From Longimicrobiales bacterium (lineage in GTDB: Bacteria; Gemmatimonadota; Gemmatimonadetes; Longimicrobiales; Gaopeijiaceae), in NCBI GenBank assembly GCA_965202985.1, contig CBDBCF010000002.1, forward strand, positions 736,001-800,000: 64,000 bases of DNA. The letters run 5' to 3'. The notes under the pieces are model-generated. The model saw only the letters and a list, made by a program, of their open reading frames with translations. It was not told where the DNA came from and searched no databases. Both the position numbers and the translations under genes were made by a program. Shown piece after piece: positions 28,795 to 38,331 of this stretch. The stretch's first letter is position 1. The number at the start of each line of letters is the position of its first letter.

Positions 28795-30249
28795 TCACCC
28801 GCCTTCGGCGCCTTGGGCGCGCCGGGCCAGCCAGCGGTTGGCGGCCAGGAGAACGACGATCACGACGGCGAATTGGATCAGCACGGTGCCCACGTTGTAG
28901 CGGGACATCAGCGTCCAAGTCTCCGCGAAGCTCTCGCCTCGGGCTTCCCACAGCCACCACCCCACGAGCACCACGGCCTCGACGGCCACCAAGCGAATCG
29001 CCCAATCCCACCAGCGCCCCACGCGCACGTCGGAGTCCGCCGTGTCCACGAACGATTCGCGCCACTTGGTCACGCCGTACTTGAGCACCGCGAAGGCGAA
29101 GAAGAACCCCGTCAGCGCGAGGCCCACGCCCCAGACCCAGTCCTGGTTCTGGAAGACGCCGATCTGGAGCGCCGACGGAATGCCCAGCAGAAAGCCGGCC
29201 GTCCCGACCGCCGCGATGGCGCGCTTGCGGGCCAGACCCAGGTCCATGAGCACGCGCACGGAGAGCTCGATCATCGCCACCAAGCTGGACCACGCCGCGA
29301 AGACCAGCGCCAGGAAGAACAAAGCCATGAAGAACTGGCCTCCCGGAATCTGCGCGAAGAGCTGCGGCACCCAAATGAAGGTCAGGCCCTCGTTGCCCGC
29401 GCCCACGATCTCGCCGGCGGCTTCGGGCATCACCGAGAAGATCGTGCACAGCACCATGATCCCCGCCAGGAGCGACATCGAGTTGTTGCCGAAGCCGATG
29501 ACGAAGGCGTTGAGGGAGGTGTCCTCCTTGGAGCGCATGTAGATGGCGTAGGACAGGACCAAGCCCCACCCGGCGCCGGTGTCCCAAGCGTTCTGGATCA
29601 GCGCCTCCAGCCAGATCTTGGCGTCGGCCAGCGCGGCGAAGTCGGGCGTGAAGAGGAAGGCCAGTCCCTCCGCCGCGCCGGGCAGGGTGACGGCCTTGAT
29701 CGCCAGCACGACGACCAGGATCACCAACGACGGGATCAGGATCTTCGCCGCCCTTTCGATGCCGCGCACGCCCTTGGACACGACGAAGATGCCCATCGCC
29801 ATCGCCAAGCCGTGGAAGAACATGGCCTGCGGCGTGGAGTTGAAGGCGTCCCAGAACTGCGTCGGCGCACCAGAGGGCGACGGAATCTCGCCGGTGACCG
29901 TGGCCAGGAAGAAGCGGATCGTCCAGCCCATCACGACCGTGTAGTAGAACAGGATGGCCGTCGCCACCCACGCCACCCACGCGCCCATCCAGGCGAACTT
30001 CGGCCCGATCGTCTTGACGAAGGCGCCGACGGTGCCCCGCCGGGTCGCCTTGGCCATCCCGAACTCGAGGACGAGCAGCGGAACCGACCACAGGAACAGA
30101 AAGGCCACCCACGCCACCAAGAACTCGCCGCCGCCGTTCGACGCCGCGATCCGCGGGAACCGCCAAATGTTTCCAGTGCCGATCGCCATGCCCAGCATGG
30201 CCACCAGCATCCCCCAGCGAGAGGAAAAGACTTGGGATCGGGTCGACAC
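28795..30249 (-). CDS. Neurotransmitter:sodium symporter (NSS/SNF) family transporter
   Basis: FSSRWG...GMAIGTGNIWRFP...NGGG signature; many TM segments; RBS AAAGGAG before GTG 30249. Confidence 0.95.
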   Translation of the reverse strand: MSTRSQVFSSRWGMLVAMLGMAIGTGNIWRFPRIAASNGGGEFLVAWVAFLFLWSVPLLVLEFGMAKATRRGTVGAFVKTIGPKFAWMGAWVAWVATAILFYYTVVMGWTIRFFLATVTGEIPSPSGAPTQFWDAFNSTPQAMFFHGLAMAMGIFVVSKGVRGIERAAKILIPSLVILVVVLAIKAVTLPGAAEGLAFLFTPDFAALADAKIWLEALIQNAWDTGAGWGLVLSYAIYMRSKEDTSLNAFVIGFGNNSMSLLAGIMVLCTIFSVMPEAAGEIVGAGNEGLTFIWVPQLFAQIPGGQFFMALFFLALVFAAWSSLVAMIELSVRVLMDLGLARKRAIAAVGTAGFLLGIPSALQIGVFQNQDWVWGVGLALTGFFFAFAVLKYGVTKWRESFVDTADSDVRVGRWWDWAIRLVAVEAVVLVGWWLWEARGESFAETWTLMSRYNVGTVLIQFAVVIVVLLAANRWLARRAQGAEGG

Positions 30250-30402
30250 GTGATGGGCTCCTTTGGGAGGGGCTGGGCGAAGGTGAACGGACAACCGCGG
30301 GGCAACGTCGGACAGCGACCTCAACCACGTCCAGCGGCTGCAAGAACCCGGCCGCCGTGTCGCCCTCGCGGATTATACGGCCCCCAGGCGATTGTCGCTA
30401 GA

Positions 30403-30879
30403 TCACTCGCGATAGTCGATCTCGGACGGAGCGGCGGCAACCCGGGCGTCGTGGCCCGGGAAACTGTTGATGTCGTGGGCGAACTTTCTGTCCTCGGACA
30501 GTCCGAGCTTGCGGTCGCTCAACAGCACCAGCTTAATGAAGTCGTGATCGGCACGATTTGATTGCAAGCGCCGCTCCACTCTCTTGGGAAACCGAAATGC
30601 GGTCAACTCACCTTTCGAGATCCGCCTCAGCCTACCGACACGCTGCAACCGTCCGATGATCACTGCCAGTGTTGTCGGAGCCGTCGCCCCCCGAACGGCC
30701 GTGACGTACTCGCTGATCAAGGAGCCGCACACAACCAAATGGCCCTCCCCATCCAACCACTGGATGAGCTCCCTATACTCGGCTCTCACGGGTTTGGCGA
30801 AATGACGGCTCTGGTTCGAATCCACAAACAGGTCGGGCCTCGGCGACCCTGCCTCCAGGCGGCTACGCTTCCGCTTCAA
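30403..30879 (-). CDS. PIN-like domain protein (putative ribonuclease)
   Basis: Acidic residues in PIN spacing: LFVDSN, SEY, DHDF, LSEDRKF; start overlaps the end of the ATPase gene. Confidence 0.6.
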   Translation of the reverse strand: MKRKRSRLEAGSPRPDLFVDSNQSRHFAKPVRAEYRELIQWLDGEGHLVVCGSLISEYVTAVRGATAPTTLAVIIGRLQRVGRLRRISKGELTAFRFPKRVERRLQSNRADHDFIKLVLLSDRKLGLSEDRKFAHDINSFPGHDARVAAAPSEIDYRE

Positions 30880-32296
30880 TGCGATCAGGCCCCATCGCTA
30901 GTTGCATCACATCCATCATGTACGTCTCGAAGAAGTCTTCCGGCGCTCCAACTATCTGGCCATCCATCCTCAGCTGAATCGGGTGCACCGTGGACTCCTG
31001 CCCGTTATTCGTCAAATGCGCTACCGACACTTCGTCTTCTCCTACGGCGCCTTCAGCCACGAGTCGGCGCAACCTGTTGATCAAGTACTCGCTGTGTGTC
31101 TCGACGATAAATGTAATGTTCCGCTCCTTGGCCAGCCGAACAAAGTAGCTAGCCAGACGGGCCTGAGCCTCGGGATGAAGATGAGTCTCCGGTTGAGCCA
31201 CCACAAATACCCCTCCAACAGTCATTTGATTGATGGCCACAAGAACCGGTAGCAATTGACTCGTGCCGAACCCAAGGTCTGCCAGATTCATAAGCGGAGA
31301 CTTCGGTTTCGGCCTGCCCTTCAGCTCCATGCGCCCTGCGCCTAGGCGTCCAATCTCGAGATCGCACAGCACACCCAGTTCGGCCAAATCCTCACGGAGA
31401 CTAGCGATCTCTGGTGCCTTTACCGACGTCCACTGCGCAATCTGCTCAACATAGTTTTGTCCGTGGCGTCCTACCTTAAGGTCAGCCTTGGACACTTCGT
31501 AATAGGTTCTCTCCGGAGCAAGACGAAAGGAACTGACAAAGGTCAGCCGCCGTCGCATTTGACGTGTCAAATTGCTAATGTGAAAAGACACCAGAGATTC
31601 CATCAAATCTGTGATCGAGTATATGACTTTGAACAATTCATCTGCACTTGCGACGTCAATCTTGCCCTCTGAAGGCATGTTGTCGTCAACAACATCTAAT
31701 GGTTTTCGCTCCGAATCGACATCCCTCGCGTTTAGTTGCAATTGATCAACAGTCGCTTCAAGGAACGTGGCAACCGCGGTCAGCATGGTCTCGCTGTCAG
31801 AAGAATCGGGCCGGGCCTCGGCTTCTTCGGGCAGCTGTCTGATCTCCTCAAGTCCACGAAGAGTCCGCGAATCATCCGGCTTGATCCTGTACGTCATTTC
31901 GTAATTGTCGCCAGTTGACGAAAGAATCATCTTATAGTAGCTGCCGACAATCTTGAGATCTCTCAGCCTCAATCCTGACGATGCCGGATTCTTGCCGAAG
32001 ACAGCATCAACGGTAAATCGGGAGTCAAGCCTGCTCGACGCTTCCGCGTCAAAACCGACTCTAAGTGTCTTTCTTCTTCCATGCACCATCTCCTTGAAGC
32101 CGCCCATTTCCACGTGGTGGCCGTTAGGGGAAAGCAGAGCCGGCATCCCGTCGGTCTGGGCATAGGCCAGCAGCGGCGCTACCAGCGAACTCTTGCCCGC
32201 GCTGTTGGCTCCGGTGATCAATGTGACCGGCGCCACCCGCAGCGTCGCCTCCTTGAAGCATCGGAAGTTGGCAATGCGCAGCTCGGTGACTTTCAC
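30863..32296 (-). CDS. ABC-type AAA ATPase, DUF3696-like
   Basis: Walker A GANSAGKSS, LGFGTSQLLP, QPETHLHPEAQ, VETHSEY and C-terminal GAPEDFFE; lower GC than flanks. Confidence 0.88.
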   Translation of the reverse strand: MKVTELRIANFRCFKEATLRVAPVTLITGANSAGKSSLVAPLLAYAQTDGMPALLSPNGHHVEMGGFKEMVHGRRKTLRVGFDAEASSRLDSRFTVDAVFGKNPASSGLRLRDLKIVGSYYKMILSSTGDNYEMTYRIKPDDSRTLRGLEEIRQLPEEAEARPDSSDSETMLTAVATFLEATVDQLQLNARDVDSERKPLDVVDDNMPSEGKIDVASADELFKVIYSITDLMESLVSFHISNLTRQMRRRLTFVSSFRLAPERTYYEVSKADLKVGRHGQNYVEQIAQWTSVKAPEIASLREDLAELGVLCDLEIGRLGAGRMELKGRPKPKSPLMNLADLGFGTSQLLPVLVAINQMTVGGVFVVAQPETHLHPEAQARLASYFVRLAKERNITFIVETHSEYLINRLRRLVAEGAVGEDEVSVAHLTNNGQESTVHPIQLRMDGQIVGAPEDFFETYMMDVMQLAMGPDRIEAEA

Positions 32297-32829
32297 CTCA
32301 GCCGTCCTCCCACCAAGACCGTTCGCGCGTCCAGCCGGCTACATCGCTCAAGGCGACGCGCTCCGAGGCCAACGTGTGTCGGTCAGGCATGTTGATCGTT
32401 TCCCTTGGCTGGGTCAGGCAGGGTGGGTAGCAATGCGGTTGGGTTCCGTTCAACTTCGCGCTGATCTTGCTTGTTCGCAAGATTCTGGGAGGTCGGCAGA
32501 GAAGGGGCTGGGCCGGAGAGGCCCCTTGCCTAGCCCGCAGAGGGTGCCGGCGGGACGGCCCAGTCGGCCTTCGTCGACCCGCCCAAGAGTCAAGTTGCTG
32601 CGAGCGTTCGTGGTACGAATATGATTTTATGGTAGGACTAACGGATTCTGCCATATATGCACGAAATGCCATAATTTGAAGGTTACGCCATGATGTACGG
32701 AATATGGATCGATACGTGGATATGGCGCATGCCAGCGAACGACCCCGGCATTCTCCGCCATGGCTCAAGATCGCCAGTGGGCTCCGGAAACGGGGGAACG
32801 GCCTCTCGTGGCCCCTCGGGCCGGGGGGC

Positions 32830-33190
32830 GACGCCGGCGACGAATGGGAGATCGACTCGTTCCTGATGAAGTTGCAGGGCGTTCGGGCGCAAGATCGAGA
32901 GCGAACTGCTGCGGACGGTGCTGGACGACGCCCGACGAAGCGGCGTCCGCCTCGTGCGGGCGAATCGCATTCCCACGGCCAAGAACGGCATGACCCGGAA
33001 CTTCTACCCAGACCACGGATTCTCGGAGATCCACGGCGACGGCGAAGAGCGTTATGCGATCGACCCGGCAGAGTCGATCCGGCGCCGCGCGGACGGCCAG
33101 GGCCAGGGACTCTACCGAGTCACGCTTTGCGGCTTCGACGCCACCACACCACAACGCATCCCGGAGCCGCGATCATCTCGAACGCCGTGA
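32830..33190 (+). pseudogene. Remnant of an FkbH-like C-terminal (GNAT-like) domain
   Basis: WEIDSFLM, then after a 1-nt frameshift SCRAFGRKIE...IPTAKNGM..NFYPDHGF; no 5' part of the gene is present. Confidence 0.65.
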
Positions 33191-34091
33191 TCCACGCGCG
33201 CTGAGCGACGGCCAGCACGACGCTCGCTCCCGGGCCGAGCACCGGCGCCAGCATGGCGACCAGAGTGGCCTCGCGAACGCCCACGCCCGCGGGGGCAAGC
33301 ACGGCGACGTAGCCCGTCAGATACGCGCCGGCGAAGACGGTCGAATAGAAGAGAAGCGAGCCGTCCGCCCCGAGGCTCTTGGCAAGCAGGGAGAACGCAA
33401 GCCCGTAGACGAACCACTTCGCGACGAACGCCGCGACCCATGGCAACGACGCGGGACCAGCCATCGACCGGAAGTCCAGCGCGGCGTCGGACGGCTGCCG
33501 GCGATTGATCCGGCGCAGCGCCCATGCCAGCGCTGCCTGCACGCGCCCGTGACGTGCAAAGCCGACCAGCGCGACCAGGGACGCCGCGACCGCCGTCGCG
33601 GCAAAGGGGGGAGAGACGCCCGACAGCTGCAACATCGTCCATCCGCCGACGATTGCGGCCCCGGCCAGGTGCATCACCTGACAGAGAAGCGACGCCGCGA
33701 CTGCGACGGGCACGGGGCAGCGCACGCGGTCGGCCAGGGCGGCCACTCCGACGATGTTCAGCACCTTCCCCGGAACGTAGCGCCCAAAGTTGGCCAGGGT
33801 GATCACCGCAGCCGCCGTCGCCACGGGAACATGCGGCCCCCCAAGACGGCCAACCAGCTTCGACCACAACCAGGCGCTCAGAGCCAAATCTCCGAAGAGC
33901 ACCGCGACGGACGACAGCAGAAGCGGCACGTCCACGTTCACCGCCCGCCAGTCGATGTCCCCGACCTCGGCCAGCTGCACGTCGACGCTGCGCCATACGA
34001 ACCACGCGACCAGCGCCGTCAGGGCCAGCTTCGCGGTCAGCCACCCGTGCTTCGCGCCCGCCCGACGACCGTCACTCGCCTCCGACGACAT
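33120..34091 (-). CDS. Lysylphosphatidylglycerol synthase TM / flippase-like membrane protein
   Basis: Multi-TM; GRYVPGK and PAGVGVRE motifs. Confidence 0.85.
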   Translation of the reverse strand: MSSEASDGRRAGAKHGWLTAKLALTALVAWFVWRSVDVQLAEVGDIDWRAVNVDVPLLLSSVAVLFGDLALSAWLWSKLVGRLGGPHVPVATAAAVITLANFGRYVPGKVLNIVGVAALADRVRCPVPVAVAASLLCQVMHLAGAAIVGGWTMLQLSGVSPPFAATAVAASLVALVGFARHGRVQAALAWALRRINRRQPSDAALDFRSMAGPASLPWVAAFVAKWFVYGLAFSLLAKSLGADGSLLFYSTVFAGAYLTGYVAVLAPAGVGVREATLVAMLAPVLGPGASVVLAVAQRAWITAFEMIAAPGCVVVWWRRSRKA

Positions 34092-34350
34092 CTTCTTCGC
34101 TGCTCCGGCGCGTGCGGGTCGGGCGGGCTTCCTCCTCGGGCCGGATCATGATCACCCTGCCGGGCACGCCGATGACCACGCCGCGGGGGGCACATCGGCC
34201 GTGACCAGCGTGTTCGCCGCCACGGTCGCCATGCACCCGACCCGCACGTTCGGCAGGATCGTCGCCTTCGTGCCGATGTAGGCGTCGTCCTCGACGATGA
34301 CGGCAGGAAGGTTGAAGACGCGCCGAAACGTTTGTTCCAGCTTCGACGAC
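34072..34350 (-). pseudogene. Remnant of a hexapeptide-repeat (LbH) acyltransferase C-terminus
   Basis: VIVEDDAYIGTKATILPNVRVG...VTADVP, then after a frameshift GVVIGVPGRVI; N-terminus missing. Confidence 0.65.
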
Positions 34351-34357
34351 ACGTCGA

Positions 34358-36940
34358 TCACCGCGTCGGACTGCGGCGGCGGCGGCGGCGACGTGTCCGG
34401 GCAAGCACCGAGCCCGCCAACATGAGCGCGACGACTAGGGCCGAGGCCACGCTGATCCGGACGGCGCGGGCTACCGTGGGCGCCGTGTAGCGCAGCACGA
34501 CCTCGTGTTCCCCCGGCGACGGCAACGCGAGGGCTTGGAGGGTCAAGTTCACGCGATGGACCTGGGCCGGCGCGCCGTCGACTTCGGCCTCCCAACCGGG
34601 GAACCAGTTCTCGGAAACGATCAGCAGTCCGGGACGGTCGTGGGTCACCCGCAGGCGCCGGTAGTCCTGTCCGGCCTCCTCCCAGACGACGGCGTCCGTC
34701 GCGGCCGTGGCTTCCTCGTCAATGGAGAGCGTCGCCAGCAACTCGGCCAACTCCGGCGACGGCTGGGACACGACCGCCTCTCGGGCCGGATCGAAGTCGC
34801 CGGACAGAATCCGGGCCAGTGCGGCATCGTCGTCTTCCACTATGGTGGCCGACCGGGCGATCCACGCCTTTTCCAGCCCCGGGTACGAGTAGACGGCTTC
34901 GGCACCGTCGGCCGTGGTGCTGAGCGCCTGCGCGCCCTGGTAGGGGGCTCGTCCCGCCCGGGCCAACGGCCAGACGACGTACTTGACGTTGAGCATCCGC
35001 AGGACGTTCGGGTGGCTGGTGTTTGCTCCGGACGCCTGGCTGCCCTCCAGACCCAGAAGCTCCCGGTAGCGGACCAGATCGTTCGGGTGGTGTCCACCGA
35101 CGAGGTCTTGGCCGTGCATGGCGTACTCGACTTCCTGGATGCTCTCCCTCAGGTCGGCGACTCGAAAGGGGGGAGTGGTTTCCTTGCGATCGGCCAGGAA
35201 GCGGGCGTTGGCGTCCGGGGCAGCCCAGGCGTGGTAGTCGAAGGTGGTGATGAAGGCTCGGTCGATCCGCCCCAAGTCCACTGCGATCAGGCCCGTCGCG
35301 ACGACGATGGCGGCAGTCGCGGACATCTTCCCTTCCAGGGCCGCCCAGAGAGTCCCAACGGCCAACGCGGCCAGGAGGAGCGCGATCCCGAAACCCCGCG
35401 TGGCGAAGGGCTCCAGCTTGGCCAGCGCCGCAGAGGACTGTCCGTCGGCAACGGCGCCCGGATGCACTACGGTCGTCCAGAAGCGCTCCAGCCCTCCGGA
35501 GGACTGAAGGATCAGCCCAAGCAGCAGCAGCCCGACGAAACCGACCAGCGTACGCCCCCGAGCGCTGGCCAGGAAGACGCCCGGGGACGGCCTGGTCCGG
35601 GCAATGTCGTCCACGCCCACGGCAAGGAGGGTGGTCGCTCCGAAGCTGATCAAGAAGGCCGACAGCGACGGGGCGCGGAAGAGGGATATCCCGGGCACGA
35701 CCTCGTAGAACAGCCTCCAGACCGGCGTGTGGGCGCCCAGGGCGAAGAGCAGCCAAGCCATGCCCATGCCGGCCATGAACCAGCGCAGCCCCGGCGACGC
35801 GCCCGACGGGGACTCGTCCTGCCCGCGTCCCGCGCCCCGCCCACGTTGTGCACCGCGCCCTCGCCGCGCCCCGGCTCCTCGCCGCTTGCCCGGCCCGCGC
35901 CCGGTTCGCGCCCACGCCCCCCCGGTCAGCCCGAAGAGCGCCAGCACCAGGACCGTAACGCCCACGTACTCGTGGTTGAACTTCAATGGGTTGCGCCCCC
36001 AGTACGTGCTGGAGCCCCACGCCGCGTCGGCCATGCTGTTGCCCACGAATTCGGGCACGACCAGCGACACGACCTCTTCCGGGTGAAGCGACCACGAGCT
36101 GGAGTAGATGCGCGCTTCTTCCGGCGACGCGTCCACCGTCGTTGCGGTCCTTCGGGACGCCTCGGCCACGTAACTGGCAGCCGGAAGCAGCTGGAACGCC
36201 GCCAGCCCGCCGCCCAGCAGAGCGCTCCCCAGGAAGACCGCCAGTGGATGGAAGCGGCGCGCGCCCGTCGCCCCCTTTCGCCACCGCTGCACAGTGCGAA
36301 AGACTGCATACGCGCCCACGGAGACGAAGAGGAAGTAGGCCGTCTGGAACTGCGTCGTGAGGCACGTCAGGGCCACCGCGCCCGCCAGCCCCGCCCCGCT
36401 CCGGCCCGACGGCCCGCGCATGACCGACTCCGCCCCCCAGAACACCAGCGGCGCCAGCGAGGCCACCATCAGCTTTCCGTCGTTGCCGGGAAACACCAGC
36501 GTGACGACCACCGGCGCCAGCACCCACGCCAGCCCCGCCGTCGTCGCGGCTCGCCTGTCCAGCCCCAAGCTGCGAATCCAGCCGTGCATGAAGAAGCCGC
36601 CCGCCAGCACGTGCAGCACCAACTTCCACCCCAGTGCCCGGTACGTCTCGGAGATGAAGTACAGCAGGCTGGTGGGGTAGATCGCGTCCCCGCCCGACAG
36701 CGCCTCCAGGAACGGAATGCCGCCGTACTGCCGCGTGCCCCAAAGGGGAAAGTCGCCCTTCGCCAGCTGCTCGGCGAGGTACGCCCGCGCCATGTAGCCG
36801 CCCGACTCGACCGTGTCCAGCCCGTAGAGCATGGCGTCCGAAAAGATGAACTCGGCGAAGAGCACGAGCGTCGCGCCCACATAGAGCGTGCCCGGGACCC
36901 ACCACTGGAGTTGGCGGACATCCGGCCCGGCGTTCTTCAT
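34358..36940 (-). CDS. YfhO-like GT-C membrane protein
   Basis: FPLW...GGIPFL, IYP, many TM segments, C-terminal SENWFPGWEAEVDG...GEHEVVLRY. Confidence 0.85.
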   Translation of the reverse strand: MKNAGPDVRQLQWWVPGTLYVGATLVLFAEFIFSDAMLYGLDTVESGGYMARAYLAEQLAKGDFPLWGTRQYGGIPFLEALSGGDAIYPTSLLYFISETYRALGWKLVLHVLAGGFFMHGWIRSLGLDRRAATTAGLAWVLAPVVVTLVFPGNDGKLMVASLAPLVFWGAESVMRGPSGRSGAGLAGAVALTCLTTQFQTAYFLFVSVGAYAVFRTVQRWRKGATGARRFHPLAVFLGSALLGGGLAAFQLLPAASYVAEASRRTATTVDASPEEARIYSSSWSLHPEEVVSLVVPEFVGNSMADAAWGSSTYWGRNPLKFNHEYVGVTVLVLALFGLTGGAWARTGRGPGKRRGAGARRGRGAQRGRGAGRGQDESPSGASPGLRWFMAGMGMAWLLFALGAHTPVWRLFYEVVPGISLFRAPSLSAFLISFGATTLLAVGVDDIARTRPSPGVFLASARGRTLVGFVGLLLLGLILQSSGGLERFWTTVVHPGAVADGQSSAALAKLEPFATRGFGIALLLAALAVGTLWAALEGKMSATAAIVVATGLIAVDLGRIDRAFITTFDYHAWAAPDANARFLADRKETTPPFRVADLRESIQEVEYAMHGQDLVGGHHPNDLVRYRELLGLEGSQASGANTSHPNVLRMLNVKYVVWPLARAGRAPYQGAQALSTTADGAEAVYSYPGLEKAWIARSATIVEDDDAALARILSGDFDPAREAVVSQPSPELAELLATLSIDEEATAATDAVVWEEAGQDYRRLRVTHDRPGLLIVSENWFPGWEAEVDGAPAQVHRVNLTLQALALPSPGEHEVVLRYTAPTVARAVRISVASALVVALMLAGSVLARTRRRRRRRSPTR

Positions 36941-36952
36941 TGCGACCCCTCT

Positions 36953-38278
36953 CTACCTCAGCCGCTCGCGGATCCAGCGTGCCACGTGGTCCAGGCCCAC
37001 GCGCTCCTGGGCCAGCGTGTCGCGGTCGCGGATGGTGACGCGCTGGTCGTCGGCGGTGTCGCCGTCCACGGTGACGCACCAGGGCGTGCCGGCTTCGTCC
37101 TGCCGACGGTAGCGGCGTCCGATCGAGCCGGCCACATCGTAGAAGGACGGGATGCGGTCGCGGCGAAGGGCCTCGTGGAGCGCGGCGGCGGTCTCGGGCA
37201 TGCCGTGCTTCTTGATCAGGGGGAAGACGGCCGCCTTGACCGGCGCCAAGCGGGGGTGCAGACCCAGGACGGCGCGCGACTCGCCCGCGACTTCCTCCTC
37301 GCGGTAGGCGTCCACCAGCAGCACGAGCACGGCGCGCCCCACGCCCATCGCCGTCTCCACCACGTAGGGCAGGTAGCGCTTGCCCGATCCGGGGTCGATG
37401 TAGAGCAGCCGCTTGCCCGAGAACTCCTGGTGGCGCGCCAGGTCGAAGTCGGTGCGGTTGTGGACGCCTTCCAGCTCCTGCCAGCCGAAGGGGAACTCGT
37501 ACTCGATGTCCACGGCGGCCTTTGCGTAGTGGGCCAGCTGGTCCGGCCCGTGCTCGGCCAGCCGGAGCTTGTCGGCGCGGACGCCGATCTCCTTGTGCCA
37601 CGCCATGCGCTGCTCGCGCCAGTAATGGAACCACTCGTCGTCCGAGCCCGGCTCGACGAAGAACTGCATCTCGGCCTGCTCGAACTCGCGGGTGCGGAAG
37701 ATGAAGTTGCCCGGCGTGATCTCGTTGCGGAACGCCTTGCCCAGCTGGGCGACGCCGAACGGCACGCGCTTGCGCGAGGTCTGCTGGACGTTCAGGAAGT
37801 TGACGTAGCTGCCCTGGGCCGTCTCGGGACGCAGGTAGACGACCGCCGCGTCCTCCTCGACCGGCCCCATGAACGTCTTGAACATGAGGTTGAAGAACCG
37901 GGGCTCGCCGATCTCGCAATCCCCGTGGCCGCCCGGCGCCACCGACGGCTTGCGCGGGCAGGCGCTCTCTTCGAGGTGGTCGGCCCGCCAGCGGCGCTTG
38001 CACGTCTTGCACTCCAGCAGCGGGTCCGCGAAGCCCTCCACATGTCCCGACGCCTCCCACACCCGCGGGTGCATGAGGATGCCCGCGTCCAGCCCCTCCA
38101 CGTCGTCGCGGGCGTGGACCATGGCGGACCACCAAGCGTCGGCCACGTTGCGGCGCAGCTCCACGCCGAGCGGCCCGTAGTCCCACACCGAGGCGGCCCC
38201 GCCGTAGATCTCGGACGACTGAAAGACGAACCCGCGGCGCTTGCAGAGCGACACGATCTGGTCCATGCGGTCGGGCAT
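36953..38278 (-). CDS. glyQS: Glycine--tRNA ligase (alpha2, homodimeric type)
   Basis: KRRGF, YLRPETAQG, FRNEITP, FRTREFEQ and SIGRRYRRQDEAGTP motifs. Confidence 0.97.
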   Translation of the reverse strand: MPDRMDQIVSLCKRRGFVFQSSEIYGGAASVWDYGPLGVELRRNVADAWWSAMVHARDDVEGLDAGILMHPRVWEASGHVEGFADPLLECKTCKRRWRADHLEESACPRKPSVAPGGHGDCEIGEPRFFNLMFKTFMGPVEEDAAVVYLRPETAQGSYVNFLNVQQTSRKRVPFGVAQLGKAFRNEITPGNFIFRTREFEQAEMQFFVEPGSDDEWFHYWREQRMAWHKEIGVRADKLRLAEHGPDQLAHYAKAAVDIEYEFPFGWQELEGVHNRTDFDLARHQEFSGKRLLYIDPGSGKRYLPYVVETAMGVGRAVLVLLVDAYREEEVAGESRAVLGLHPRLAPVKAAVFPLIKKHGMPETAAALHEALRRDRIPSFYDVAGSIGRRYRRQDEAGTPWCVTVDGDTADDQRVTIRDRDTLAQERVGLDHVARWIRERLR

Positions 38279-38331
38279 GTGGTCGGTTCCTTGGCTGGGG
38301 GCGACGGCGTGGCGGTTTGGTGGCGGCGGGT

